From Candidatus Omnitrophota bacterium (lineage in GTDB: Bacteria; Omnitrophota; Gorgyraeia; 1-14-0-20-64-10): a stretch of DNA of 64,000 nucleotides. The stretch lies in contig JACOVG010000011.1 of NCBI GenBank assembly GCA_016177405.1, positions 7,910-71,909 on the forward strand, read 5' to 3'. The position numbers and the translations under genes are program-made. Shown piece after piece: positions 8,607-16,494 of this stretch (position 1 is the stretch's first letter; every line of letters begins with the position of its first letter). Under the pieces are notes generated by a model. The model was not told the DNA's origin and did not search any database. It was given only the letters and a program-made list of their open reading frames with translations.

Positions 8607-11600
8607 TTAGGCGAAGCGAGCTCTGAGGATCTCCCAGGCGATCTCTTCGGTGATGAAGCGCATCTCGGTGAAGTAATCGGTCACATCAAGCAGGATGTGT
8701 TTTCCGGAAGAGACCGACCGATTGCTCTCTCTCCAAACCGCAAGAACTTGGGTAGCAAGGAGAGGCAACAACTTGAAGGGGATCGGGCTATCGACACGAT
8801 CCTCCGGTCGCACCGCGTAAACGGTGTCTGAATCCGCAGGCTCCGAAGCTGCGGGTGGCCCCGCCATCAACTTAACAATCCGATAGTCGGATTCTCTGTA
8901 ATGGCTTTCCTGATCGTCTGAAAGCAGATCGACCGCCACCACGGGAAACTTCCCAAGCCCAGTAAGGTTCTGGCCAATCGATTTGAGATGCTCGCCGAGA
9001 TGGGTAATCCCGCTTTTCATCAAAGAGGAATCAACGAGAAGGGCGATTCGGGTTCTATCTTTTGTAATCTCCTCTACCGAGTTACCTGCTCGATCCACCA
9101 CGGCCTTTGCTGCGTTACGCTCCTGCCCTGTCAGCACCTCCTCATAATAGCCCCCTAACAATCCCCCTTCTATGATGGGCGGCTCCTCCTTCCCCTCCTC
9201 CAGCCCGCCAGCGGGGCCCTCCGCCGCAACAGCGGCCTCCTCTGGCAGAAGCAGGAATCCACCCACCAGATCCTCGCGGCTGTATTGCTTCTCGAACGCG
9301 CCATCCGCCGGGGTGATCTGCTCTGCGAACTTCAAAAAGGCACTGCCATTGTCTCCCAGCGCGGCCACTTGAAAATGCTGCCCGGTTTCTCGGCCAATCA
9401 GAACGTCCCCCACCTGAAGGGCGGTAGCGGCATCAATGAACCGCGCCCCTTCCGGGGCGCTCACCGCCTTCCCCTCCTCCAGCCCAGCGAAGGAGTCTTC
9501 GCCCCCAATATGATCCCCGGGTCCAAAGCTTTCCTCCGAAACCACCTCTTCTTCATCGCCCCCAGCAGGCCCCGCGTGAACTGGAATGGATTGTTCGGCA
9601 GAGAGCTTCCGTGTTCTGTGAGGGCGGCTAAGCCTCTGGATTAAGTCCGTTGTTTCGTCCCATTTTTCCCACGCGGCATCTCCCAGTGGATTAAACCAAT
9701 CAAGCCGCCCGGGACGAGGGGGCAATTTAAACATTCCTAGGGTGGCTTCAGCGTCCCGGAGAAAACCGGAACGAGCTTGGAATTGGGCGATCTCGCAGTA
9801 AGCCCTGACTTTTCCACCGTCAGTTGCTTCGCTTCCGTTCACAATTCCCCTTGCCTTTTCGAACGTCTGCTCGGCCAATGTTTTCTTTTTTAACCCAGCA
9901 GAAGCAAACCCCCCGCCGACTTCCCCAAGTATCTGCGCGACACAGAAAACGGTATCATCGGTAAGGCGATCCATGTCCCAAGGCAGCGTGTATCCCTTCC
10001 GGAGGAAACCCACTTTCTTTAATTCTCCAATCAAGAGCTCAAGGAACGATCTGTCATTGATAGGGTATTGGTAGTTGCGCCCCAGCTTGCCAAGCGCTTG
10101 ACCAAAGGTACCGATGGCTTCTGCCTCCAAACCCCTCTCTGCCTGCCTTCCAGCCACATAGGCCATGGCTTCAATTTTATCGCCAACGGCGTCCCGCCCG
10201 ATGAAACCTTCAGCTTCTCGAAGGGCGTCATTGAACCTTCCTTTGTCCGCGTACTTTATGACGTCAGCCATTCGAAGCTTATTCGCCTCACGCTGCTTTT
10301 CCACTATCCCCCAGTCCTCCTCCAGGCCGGAGTACCGCCTAAAAGCTTGCGCTCCGTCGTGCCACTCACGAACCGCATCTTCAGCCCGTGCGGCGTCCCA
10401 ACCTCTTTCAAGCATGAGATCACGTACTCGGGACGAAAGTCCCGCTTGGGTTGCGGGGTCGAGGCCAACGTAGGCTGCAATCCCAGTCCTGTCATCGTTG
10501 GAGCGAACTCGCCTTTCGGACTCCGTTTGATGAGGCCCGCTTTCTTCGAGAAGCTCTCTCTTCCGCGCCTGCTCTTCTTCCCTCATCGCTTCGCGAACAC
10601 GGTTCGCAAAAGTGGGAGCTTTTTCTGTCCCCTCGGGCGACTTGGATAATTTAAGCTGGCTGGCGGTGGCGAGCAAAACGGAACCTGTATCTTCTACCGA
10701 GACGCTCTCTTTTAAGCCAAGGGGCTTGAGGTTGACAAACCAACGATCGTTCGTGCCAAGAAAGAAATCGCCCGTCTCTTTCTCCCAGCCCTCAAAGGTT
10801 CCTATGACGACCCGGCCCTCTTGAATCGCCAGAATGAGGTCACCTTGCGCAAGTTCCTCCGTGTCAAGACTAGAAACATACACGGCACCAAGCCTTCCTA
10901 AAACATACCGGATAAAGTCTTGTTCAAGCTCCCCGACACCCAAGATTCTCCGGGCCCCGGCTTGATCGCCAATGGCCACCGTCTTCTTAAGGTCAGCAAG
11001 GACCTGGGCCGGAAGCTTCGGCTGCCTCTCCTCCAGCCCGGCGGCGGGGGGGAAAAATTGGGCGCCATTCAAGGATGATCTCTCAATGGGGTGCTCCTGG
11101 CCTTCTCGATCTACGAGCACAACGGGCTGAGCTAAGCGTCCAGTCAGCCCAAGATGGTGAGTGAGCTTAACCCGAAAGCTCCCCTTGAGAGCAGGTGTTG
11201 GATCAACGATAACGGTGTCTGCATACAGAATGGTATTAGACCTGACCCGCTGCTGCCCCTCCTCCTGGAGCGAACCGGAAGATTGGGGCTGAAGGGCATA
11301 GGCATCGCCAGGGAGAAGGACCAACTCTGGAATTGCGCCGGCCGGGAAGAACTGGCTCCAGATGTACAAACCCTTCTCCGAAGCCACAGGAAGATGCTGT
11401 TTAAGAAATGGGGCCAGCGGGCTGCCTATCTGTCCTTCCCCCAAGGGAAGCGCCCTGCCCTCTACCCAAACCTCCAGGCGATAGTCTTGATCGTGCTTGA
11501 CCTTCATCTTCTCCAGTGCCGAGATGGCGCCATAACTGGTTGGAATGATCCCGCGCCGGCGAAGAGCCAGAGAGAGCGCGGCCATGTACTGGTTGTACTG

Positions 11601-14600
11601 CTGCGCGGTAAGATGACCCTCGTCGCGCAAACGAACCAGGTCGTGATGCCATCGTTCCGATTGATCTGGAAGAAGCAGCCCCCGGGCGAGGAGTGTCCTG
11701 GCCTCTACCGACTCTAGGAAACCTGGAAAGCGGGCCTGAATTTTTTCTTTCGGTGGAACGCGTATCTTTCCCAAATAGCCGGCGATGGCGGCAAGGGCTT
11801 TGTATTTGTTGACAACTCCAAGGACGGAGCGGGCAGCGGCAAGGGCTTCGGTGAAGGTGGGCCCTGGATCCAAGCCGGCCGATGCCTGGTGTTCAGCGAT
11901 GGCGACAAGGGCTTTGTATCTGTCGGAAGCTCCATTGATAGAGCGGGCAACAACAAGGGCTTCAGTGAATTGGCCAACCGATGCCTGGTGTTCAGCGATG
12001 GCGACAAGGGCTTCGTAATCGAAGGTACGACTACTAATGGAGCGGGCACCGTCAAGGGCTTCGATGAAGGTGGGCCCTGAATCTAGGCCGGCCGATGCCA
12101 GGTGTTTGGCGATGGCGGCAAGGGCTCTGGATTTGTCAGGTTTGCCATAGTCGGAGTAGCTGGAGACGATGGAGCGGGCGGTGGCAAGGGCTTCGGTGAA
12201 TTGGCCGGCCGATGCCTGGTGTTCAGCGATGGCGGCAAGAGCACTGGATCTGTCAGACTTGCTATAGGCGTCGCTGGGGGCGATGGAGCGGGCGGTAGCA
12301 AGAGCTTTTGTGAATTGGCCGGCCAATGCCTGGTGTTCAGCGATGGCGGCAAGGGCTTTGTGTTTGTCGTTATCTCCACGGATGGAGCGGGTAGCGGCAA
12401 GGGCTTCGGCGAAGGTGGGCCCTGGATCTAGGCCGGCCGATGCCTGGTGTTCGGCGATGACGGCAAGAGCTTCGTATTCGTTAAACTCTCTATTGACAGA
12501 GTAGCTGGGGTTGGTGGAGCGAATGGTGGCAAGGGCTTCAATGAATTGGCCGGCCGATGCCTGGTGTTTGGCGATGGCGGCAAGGGCTTTGGATCTGTCC
12601 CAATTGCCGATGGAGCGGGCAGTGGCAAGGGCTTCGGTGAATTGGCCGACCGATGCCTGGTGTTCAGCGATGGCGGCAAGGGCTTCGGATTTGATGGCAT
12701 CTTCATCTTCTTCAGTGATGGAGCGAGCGACGGCAAGGGCTTCGGTGAAGGTAGGCCCTGGATCTAGGCCGGCCGATGCCTGGTGTTCGGCGATGACGGC
12801 AAGGGCTCTGGATCTGCCAGACTTGCTATAGGCAGAATCGGTGTTGTAGATGGGATCGATGAAGCGGGCAGCGTCAAGGGCTTCGATGAAGGTGGGCCCT
12901 GGATCTAGGCCGGCCGATGCCTGGTGTTCGGCGATGACGGCAAGGGCTCTGGGTCTGTCGGCAGTTTCAGGGATGGAGCGGGCGGTGGCAAGGGCTTCGG
13001 TGAATTGGCCGGCCGATGCCTGGTGTTCGGCGATGGCGGCAAGGGCTTCGTATTCGTCGCCAACTTCACTGATGGAGCGGGCAACGGCAAGAGCTTCGGT
13101 GAAGGTGGGCCCTGGATCCAAGCCAGCCGATGCCTGGTGTTTGGCGATGGTGGCAAGGGTTTCGTATTCGCCAGACTCGCCAGAGGCAAGGTAGTTGGGC
13201 CTGATGGAACGGGCGGTGGCAAGGATTATTGTCCAACGCATATGTGTTATTAATTCCACCTCCTCCAGCCCGGCGGCAGGGCCCTCCGCCGCAACAGCGG
13301 CCTCCCTTGACAGAAGCAGGAATCCACCCACCAGCTCCTCGCGGCTGTACCGCTTCTCGAACGCGCTATCCTCCGGGGTGATCTGCTCTGCGAACTTCAA
13401 AAAGGCACTGCCGTTGTCTCCGAGCGCAATCACTTGAAAATACTGCCGGGTTTCTTGGCCAATCAGAATGTCCCCCACCTGAAGGTCGGTATGGGCATCC
13501 ATGAACCGCGCCCTCTCCGGGGCGCTCACCGCCTTCCCCTCCTCCAGCCCGGCGGCTGGTTTAATAAGGGTAGAAATGTTGTATTTGAAATTTTCTTCAC
13601 CCTCCCCCCTCCAGTCGAGAATAAACTCAACCTGTTCAATCTTAGTTAGTGATTGGAGGGCTGGCGGAATTGTGCGATCCTGCCACGAGCCAGGTCCCCC
13701 AGGGGTAGACTCGGGGTGCTCAAGCAAGGCATGAAAGACACCGATTCGTGCTTTCGGCGCTTCCTTCGCCATCTTTAGAATCCAATTGACAATAGGGCGA
13801 TTCGGACCATCAGCATTAGCATACACAAGAACCTCATTGGCTTTCCCAGACTTCAACAATCTCTCTGCAACATCCCATTCGGCCCGAACTGGAATGAGAC
13901 TTTGCTCCCTGTTGCCAGATTCCTTAACCCATTGCTCATGTGATTTCCAAGCCCATTGGGTGTCTCCCACTAACAGGATAATCCGCGCCTCCTCCAGCCC
14001 GGCGGCCGGGCCTTTGGGCTTGGATTTGGAAAGAGCCCTCCTCAAATCGCCTCCAACCTTCCTCCGCTGTTTCAGCGGCTGTAATCCAAGAAGCCGAACC
14101 ATCCCCTTCCCTAGACTGGCCATCCCTCCACCTAGGCTGGCTGCTCCTTTTAGAGTGGCACGTGCGGGGGAAGTTGTGATCTTTGCCGGCAGTTTAGCAG
14201 CGTGTCGGTCCTTCTCTTCCTCCAGCCCGGTGGTGGGGCGAGCGTTCTCCACGTCAGTCTTATCAAGGACAGCATAACCTTTCTCGAGCACCCCATCCGC
14301 CGTCGCATCTTCCATCGTCATGACCAAGAAGGTAAGGATCCTGTCCCCCGAGAAGCCTGATGGCCAGACAACGATCTTTTCCAACTTAAGAAGAAAGCCA
14401 GGTGATTCCCATTTCCCTTGAGTCTTTTTCTTTTGAAGAATCGCCATGATCCGCGGAAGATTTTGTAGGACATAAGTCAAATCTGAAGAATCCTCCCCGG
14501 CCTGTCTAATGACGGAGCTCCGAACAGCAACGAAAGTTTCCTTGGAAGCGCTACCCCTGTTCAATTTCGGATCCCACCCCAAGAATTCTCTAAGATTCTT

Positions 14601-15536
14601 GGGAACAGTTAGATTCAAAGTAAGTTGGGCCGTCCCAAGCTGCCCTTTCCCTGGCATTTTGGGAGTGGGCTCTACACCTCTTTTACGCAAGGTAGGCTGA
14701 AATCCAGCTGGCCCTATGAAGACCAAATCCACCTCAGCATCTGGTGAGCCAGCCGGCTTCTGAACCGCCTCACCCGACTCGATCGAAATCAGGTTTCCTA
14801 TGAGGGAGGCGACCTCTCCCTCAGAAATCTGCCCCTCCTCCAGCCCGGTGGCGGGGCGGGCTTCAGCAAGGGCGTTAAGACGGGCGCCAAGTCCCTCTAG
14901 GGAAGTCGAATAATCCAACAGCCGGTCCTGACGTCGCAAAAAACCTAACTCGCCAATTAGATCAGCCCTATCATCTGGAAACGCGATGATGGGCGGCAAT
15001 CGCTTTAGATCTTTATCCTCAAGTAAAGTTTTGAGAAACTGCATGGCGCGGCCGTTCATGCTGCCTGGAAACAGGATCACCCCGCCAAAAGAGGTTCCTT
15101 TAAACGCTTCAAGCGGATCCCCTTTGGGCGTCCGCAAAACAACCCCACGCCTGCCGACCAGCCGGTGACCTCCACCAACCAACCATATGTCAACGGCGTC
15201 CTTGAAGCTTACAACGTCAAACTTCTCCGGTTCATCCACCACCACCAGCCATTTCAGACCCTCCTCCAGCCCGGCGGCGAGGTCTTCGAGAGGTTCAGGG
15301 CGGGCGGGAGTTACCGTGGACGCGGTTTGGGGTTGAGCAGGAACAACGAGTTGAGCCAGGCGGCGGATGGCTTGGCCGGGACTCTGGAAGACTTCGTTGA
15401 GCTCTTCGAGGCCCGTGGCCTCGGCGGCTGCCTCCTGGCGGAAGGCCAACGCGGGGCTGGGCGCGGCGAGGGTAAGCGCCAAAAGAAGGGCTGTGAAACG
15501 GCTTGCGGCCTTTATCGGGGAGTTGCGCATTCTCAT
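8607..15536 (-). CDS. giant secreted modular protein (about 2,309 aa) of unknown function, punctuated by (P/A)(A/T)(A/T)GLEE motifs, with tandem helical repeats and an internally duplicated module
   Basis: Uninterrupted 6.9-kb ORF, consistent with the codon usage of neighbouring genes (by eye). Sec-type signal peptide MRMRNSPIKAASRFTALLLALTLAAPSPALA from the ATG at 15536; the ORF track starts at a TTG at 15548. Eleven GLEE motifs at aa 46, 93, 235, 441, 517, 667, 760, 1504, 1741, 2022 and 2115, using ORF-track numbering. No catalytic motif recognised by eye. Confidence 0.7.
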   Translation of the reverse strand: MRMRNSPIKAASRFTALLLALTLAAPSPALAFRQEAAAEATGLEELNEVFQSPGQAIRRLAQLVVPAQPQTASTVTPARPEPLEDLAAGLEEGLKWLVVVDEPEKFDVVSFKDAVDIWLVGGGHRLVGRRGVVLRTPKGDPLEAFKGTSFGGVILFPGSMNGRAMQFLKTLLEDKDLKRLPPIIAFPDDRADLIGELGFLRRQDRLLDYSTSLEGLGARLNALAEARPATGLEEGQISEGEVASLIGNLISIESGEAVQKPAGSPDAEVDLVFIGPAGFQPTLRKRGVEPTPKMPGKGQLGTAQLTLNLTVPKNLREFLGWDPKLNRGSASKETFVAVRSSVIRQAGEDSSDLTYVLQNLPRIMAILQKKKTQGKWESPGFLLKLEKIVVWPSGFSGDRILTFLVMTMEDATADGVLEKGYAVLDKTDVENARPTTGLEEEKDRHAAKLPAKITTSPARATLKGAASLGGGMASLGKGMVRLLGLQPLKQRRKVGGDLRRALSKSKPKGPAAGLEEARIILLVGDTQWAWKSHEQWVKESGNREQSLIPVRAEWDVAERLLKSGKANEVLVYANADGPNRPIVNWILKMAKEAPKARIGVFHALLEHPESTPGGPGSWQDRTIPPALQSLTKIEQVEFILDWRGEGEENFKYNISTLIKPAAGLEEGKAVSAPERARFMDAHTDLQVGDILIGQETRQYFQVIALGDNGSAFLKFAEQITPEDSAFEKRYSREELVGGFLLLSREAAVAAEGPAAGLEEVELITHMRWTIILATARSIRPNYLASGESGEYETLATIAKHQASAGLDPGPTFTEALAVARSISEVGDEYEALAAIAEHQASAGQFTEALATARSIPETADRPRALAVIAEHQASAGLDPGPTFIEALDAARFIDPIYNTDSAYSKSGRSRALAVIAEHQASAGLDPGPTFTEALAVARSITEEDEDAIKSEALAAIAEHQASVGQFTEALATARSIGNWDRSKALAAIAKHQASAGQFIEALATIRSTNPSYSVNREFNEYEALAVIAEHQASAGLDPGPTFAEALAATRSIRGDNDKHKALAAIAEHQALAGQFTKALATARSIAPSDAYSKSDRSSALAAIAEHQASAGQFTEALATARSIVSSYSDYGKPDKSRALAAIAKHLASAGLDSGPTFIEALDGARSISSRTFDYEALVAIAEHQASVGQFTEALVVARSINGASDRYKALVAIAEHQASAGLDPGPTFTEALAAARSVLGVVNKYKALAAIAGYLGKIRVPPKEKIQARFPGFLESVEARTLLARGLLLPDQSERWHHDLVRLRDEGHLTAQQYNQYMAALSLALRRRGIIPTSYGAISALEKMKVKHDQDYRLEVWVEGRALPLGEGQIGSPLAPFLKQHLPVASEKGLYIWSQFFPAGAIPELVLLPGDAYALQPQSSGSLQEEGQQRVRSNTILYADTVIVDPTPALKGSFRVKLTHHLGLTGRLAQPVVLVDREGQEHPIERSSLNGAQFFPPAAGLEERQPKLPAQVLADLKKTVAIGDQAGARRILGVGELEQDFIRYVLGRLGAVYVSSLDTEELAQGDLILAIQEGRVVIGTFEGWEKETGDFFLGTNDRWFVNLKPLGLKESVSVEDTGSVLLATASQLKLSKSPEGTEKAPTFANRVREAMREEEQARKRELLEESGPHQTESERRVRSNDDRTGIAAYVGLDPATQAGLSSRVRDLMLERGWDAARAEDAVREWHDGAQAFRRYSGLEEDWGIVEKQREANKLRMADVIKYADKGRFNDALREAEGFIGRDAVGDKIEAMAYVAGRQAERGLEAEAIGTFGQALGKLGRNYQYPINDRSFLELLIGELKKVGFLRKGYTLPWDMDRLTDDTVFCVAQILGEVGGGFASAGLKKKTLAEQTFEKARGIVNGSEATDGGKVRAYCEIAQFQARSGFLRDAEATLGMFKLPPRPGRLDWFNPLGDAAWEKWDETTDLIQRLSRPHRTRKLSAEQSIPVHAGPAGGDEEEVVSEESFGPGDHIGGEDSFAGLEEGKAVSAPEGARFIDAATALQVGDVLIGRETGQHFQVAALGDNGSAFLKFAEQITPADGAFEKQYSREDLVGGFLLLPEEAAVAAEGPAGGLEEGKEEPPIIEGGLLGGYYEEVLTGQERNAAKAVVDRAGNSVEEITKDRTRIALLVDSSLMKSGITHLGEHLKSIGQNLTGLGKFPVVAVDLLSDDQESHYRESDYRIVKLMAGPPAASEPADSDTVYAVRPEDRVDSPIPFKLLPLLATQVLAVWRESNRSVSSGKHILLDVTDYFTEMRFITEEIAWEILRARFA
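9195..9485 (-). repeat. direct repeat copy B (encodes module D copy 2, aa 2022-2118 of the giant protein)
   Basis: About 290 nt, roughly 90% identical at the DNA level to 13260-13550. Protein GKAVSAPEGARFIDAATALQVGDVLIGRETGQHFQVAALGDNGSAFLKFAEQITPADGAFEKQYSREDLVGGFLLLPEEAAVAAEGPAGGLEE. The out-of-frame ORFs 9172-9372(+) and 13195-13437(+) mirror each other and confirm the duplication. Confidence 0.8.
11760..13170 (-). repeat. tandem array of about 12-13 helical repeats (32-47 aa units; consensus ALAAIAEHQASAG[LDPGPT]FTEALATARSI...) within the giant gene
   Basis: Repeated peptide units read directly in the translation. The array corresponds to the cluster of mirror-image out-of-frame ORFs on both strands between 11714 and 13253. 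Two alternating unit types, with or without the LDPGPT insert. Confidence 0.8.
13260..13550 (-). repeat. direct repeat copy A (encodes module D copy 1, aa 667-763 of the giant protein)
   Basis: GKAVSAPERARFMDAHTDLQVGDILIGQETRQYFQVIALGDNGSAFLKFAEQITPEDSAFEKRYSREELVGGFLLLSREAAVAAEGPAAGLEE. Partner of 9195-9485, about 3.8 kb away in the same gene. Confidence 0.8.
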
Positions 15537-15553
15537 TGGGCTATACAAGAGGA

Positions 15554-15582
15554 AGTATGGCCTGCCCTTTTTGAAAAGTCAA
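15554..15582 (-). promoter_or_regulatory. putative sigma70-type promoter for the giant gene (TTGACT-N17-CATACT)
   Basis: On the minus strand the -35 TTGACT lies at 15582-15577 and the -10 CATACT at 15559-15554, with a 17-nt spacer. The predicted +1 is about 11 nt upstream of the ATG at 15536 and no SD is visible. Low-confidence sequence-only call. Confidence 0.25.
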
Positions 15583-15624
15583 GGCTGGAACGAAATTTCT
15601 TCTAAGCTAACTTTTTATTAACAC

Positions 15625-16494
15625 CTAACCCCGCAAGACCCTCTGGAGACGCCCCATCTCCGCCAGGTCGAAGGTTTCGGGGCGGCGGACCGGGTCTATG
15701 CCGGCGGCCCGGAGGCGATCGGCCAGCTCCTGCTTGCCGATGAGATTTCTCGCCCTCGCGGGCTCGAAATGACCGAAAGCCAGAGCATTCAGGAGGGTCT
15801 TGCGGCGGTGGGTGAAGATGAGGCGCACCAGTTTCAGGACGGCCTCCTCTTCCTCGGTCGGAACAACCGGCTTCTCCAGCGGATCAAGCTGGAGGACCGC
15901 CGAGGTCACCTTCGGCTGGGGATAGAAGCAGTTGGGCGGGATCAAGAAGGCGATGGAGGGCTGGAAGGCCACGCCAACCAGCAGGGTGAGGCTGGAATAT
16001 TCCTTGGTGCTTGGCTTGGCCACGATCCGCTGGGCCACCTCTTTCTGGATGGTGAGAACCGCCCGCTTCACCCAGCGCCTCTCCTTCAGCAGATACTCCA
16101 GGATGGGGCTCGTCATCGAGAAGGGGATGTTGCCCACGACCAGCAGCGACTTCTCGATACCGGCGGCGTACGATTCCAGGCCCAGATCAAGGATGTCGGA
16201 CTGGACGATTTTCTTAAGATTCGGACTCTCCTTGAACCGGTCGGTCAGCACCTGAACAAACTTGGCATCCCGTTCGACGGCAAAGAGCTCCGCGCCGGTG
16301 GCCAGCAAGGCCTCGGTGAGCGCCCCCAGCCCCGCTCCGATCTCCAGAATCTTATCCCCGGCGCCAGCCCCGATCGCCAGCGCGATCCGCGCGAGGATCC
16401 TCGGGTCCACCAGGAAGTTCTGCCCCATCCGCCGGGGCGAGATCGCCAGGTGGTACTGCCGGCACAGCTCCTTGATCGCCCTCGAGTTCAACAT
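15625..16494 (-). CDS. rsmA: 16S rRNA (adenine1518/1519-N6)-dimethyltransferase
   Basis: MGQNFLVDPRI, EIGAGLGALT and VGNIPF motifs of KsgA/RsmA. Confidence 0.9.
   Translation of the reverse strand: MLNSRAIKELCRQYHLAISPRRMGQNFLVDPRILARIALAIGAGAGDKILEIGAGLGALTEALLATGAELFAVERDAKFVQVLTDRFKESPNLKKIVQSDILDLGLESYAAGIEKSLLVVGNIPFSMTSPILEYLLKERRWVKRAVLTIQKEVAQRIVAKPSTKEYSSLTLLVGVAFQPSIAFLIPPNCFYPQPKVTSAVLQLDPLEKPVVPTEEEEAVLKLVRLIFTHRRKTLLNALAFGHFEPARARNLIGKQELADRLRAAGIDPVRRPETFDLAEMGRLQRVLRG

Noticed and set aside
11714-13253. Stack of 70-115 aa ORFs on both strands with near-identical sequences (for example ...KPLPPSLNTRHRPANS... and ...MERAVARASVNWPADAWCSAMAARA...)
   Set aside because: They are out-of-frame and antisense shadows of the tandem repeat array inside the giant gene. 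Periodic DNA yields periodic spurious ORFs.
8607-15536. Giant ORF as an assembly artefact or fusion of several genes
   Set aside because: The reading frame is continuous for 6.9 kb, has a proper signal peptide at its 5' end, and its recurring linker motif lies in-frame at all eleven sites. The internal repeats could still cause copy-number misassembly, which is flagged in the findings rather than invalidating the gene.
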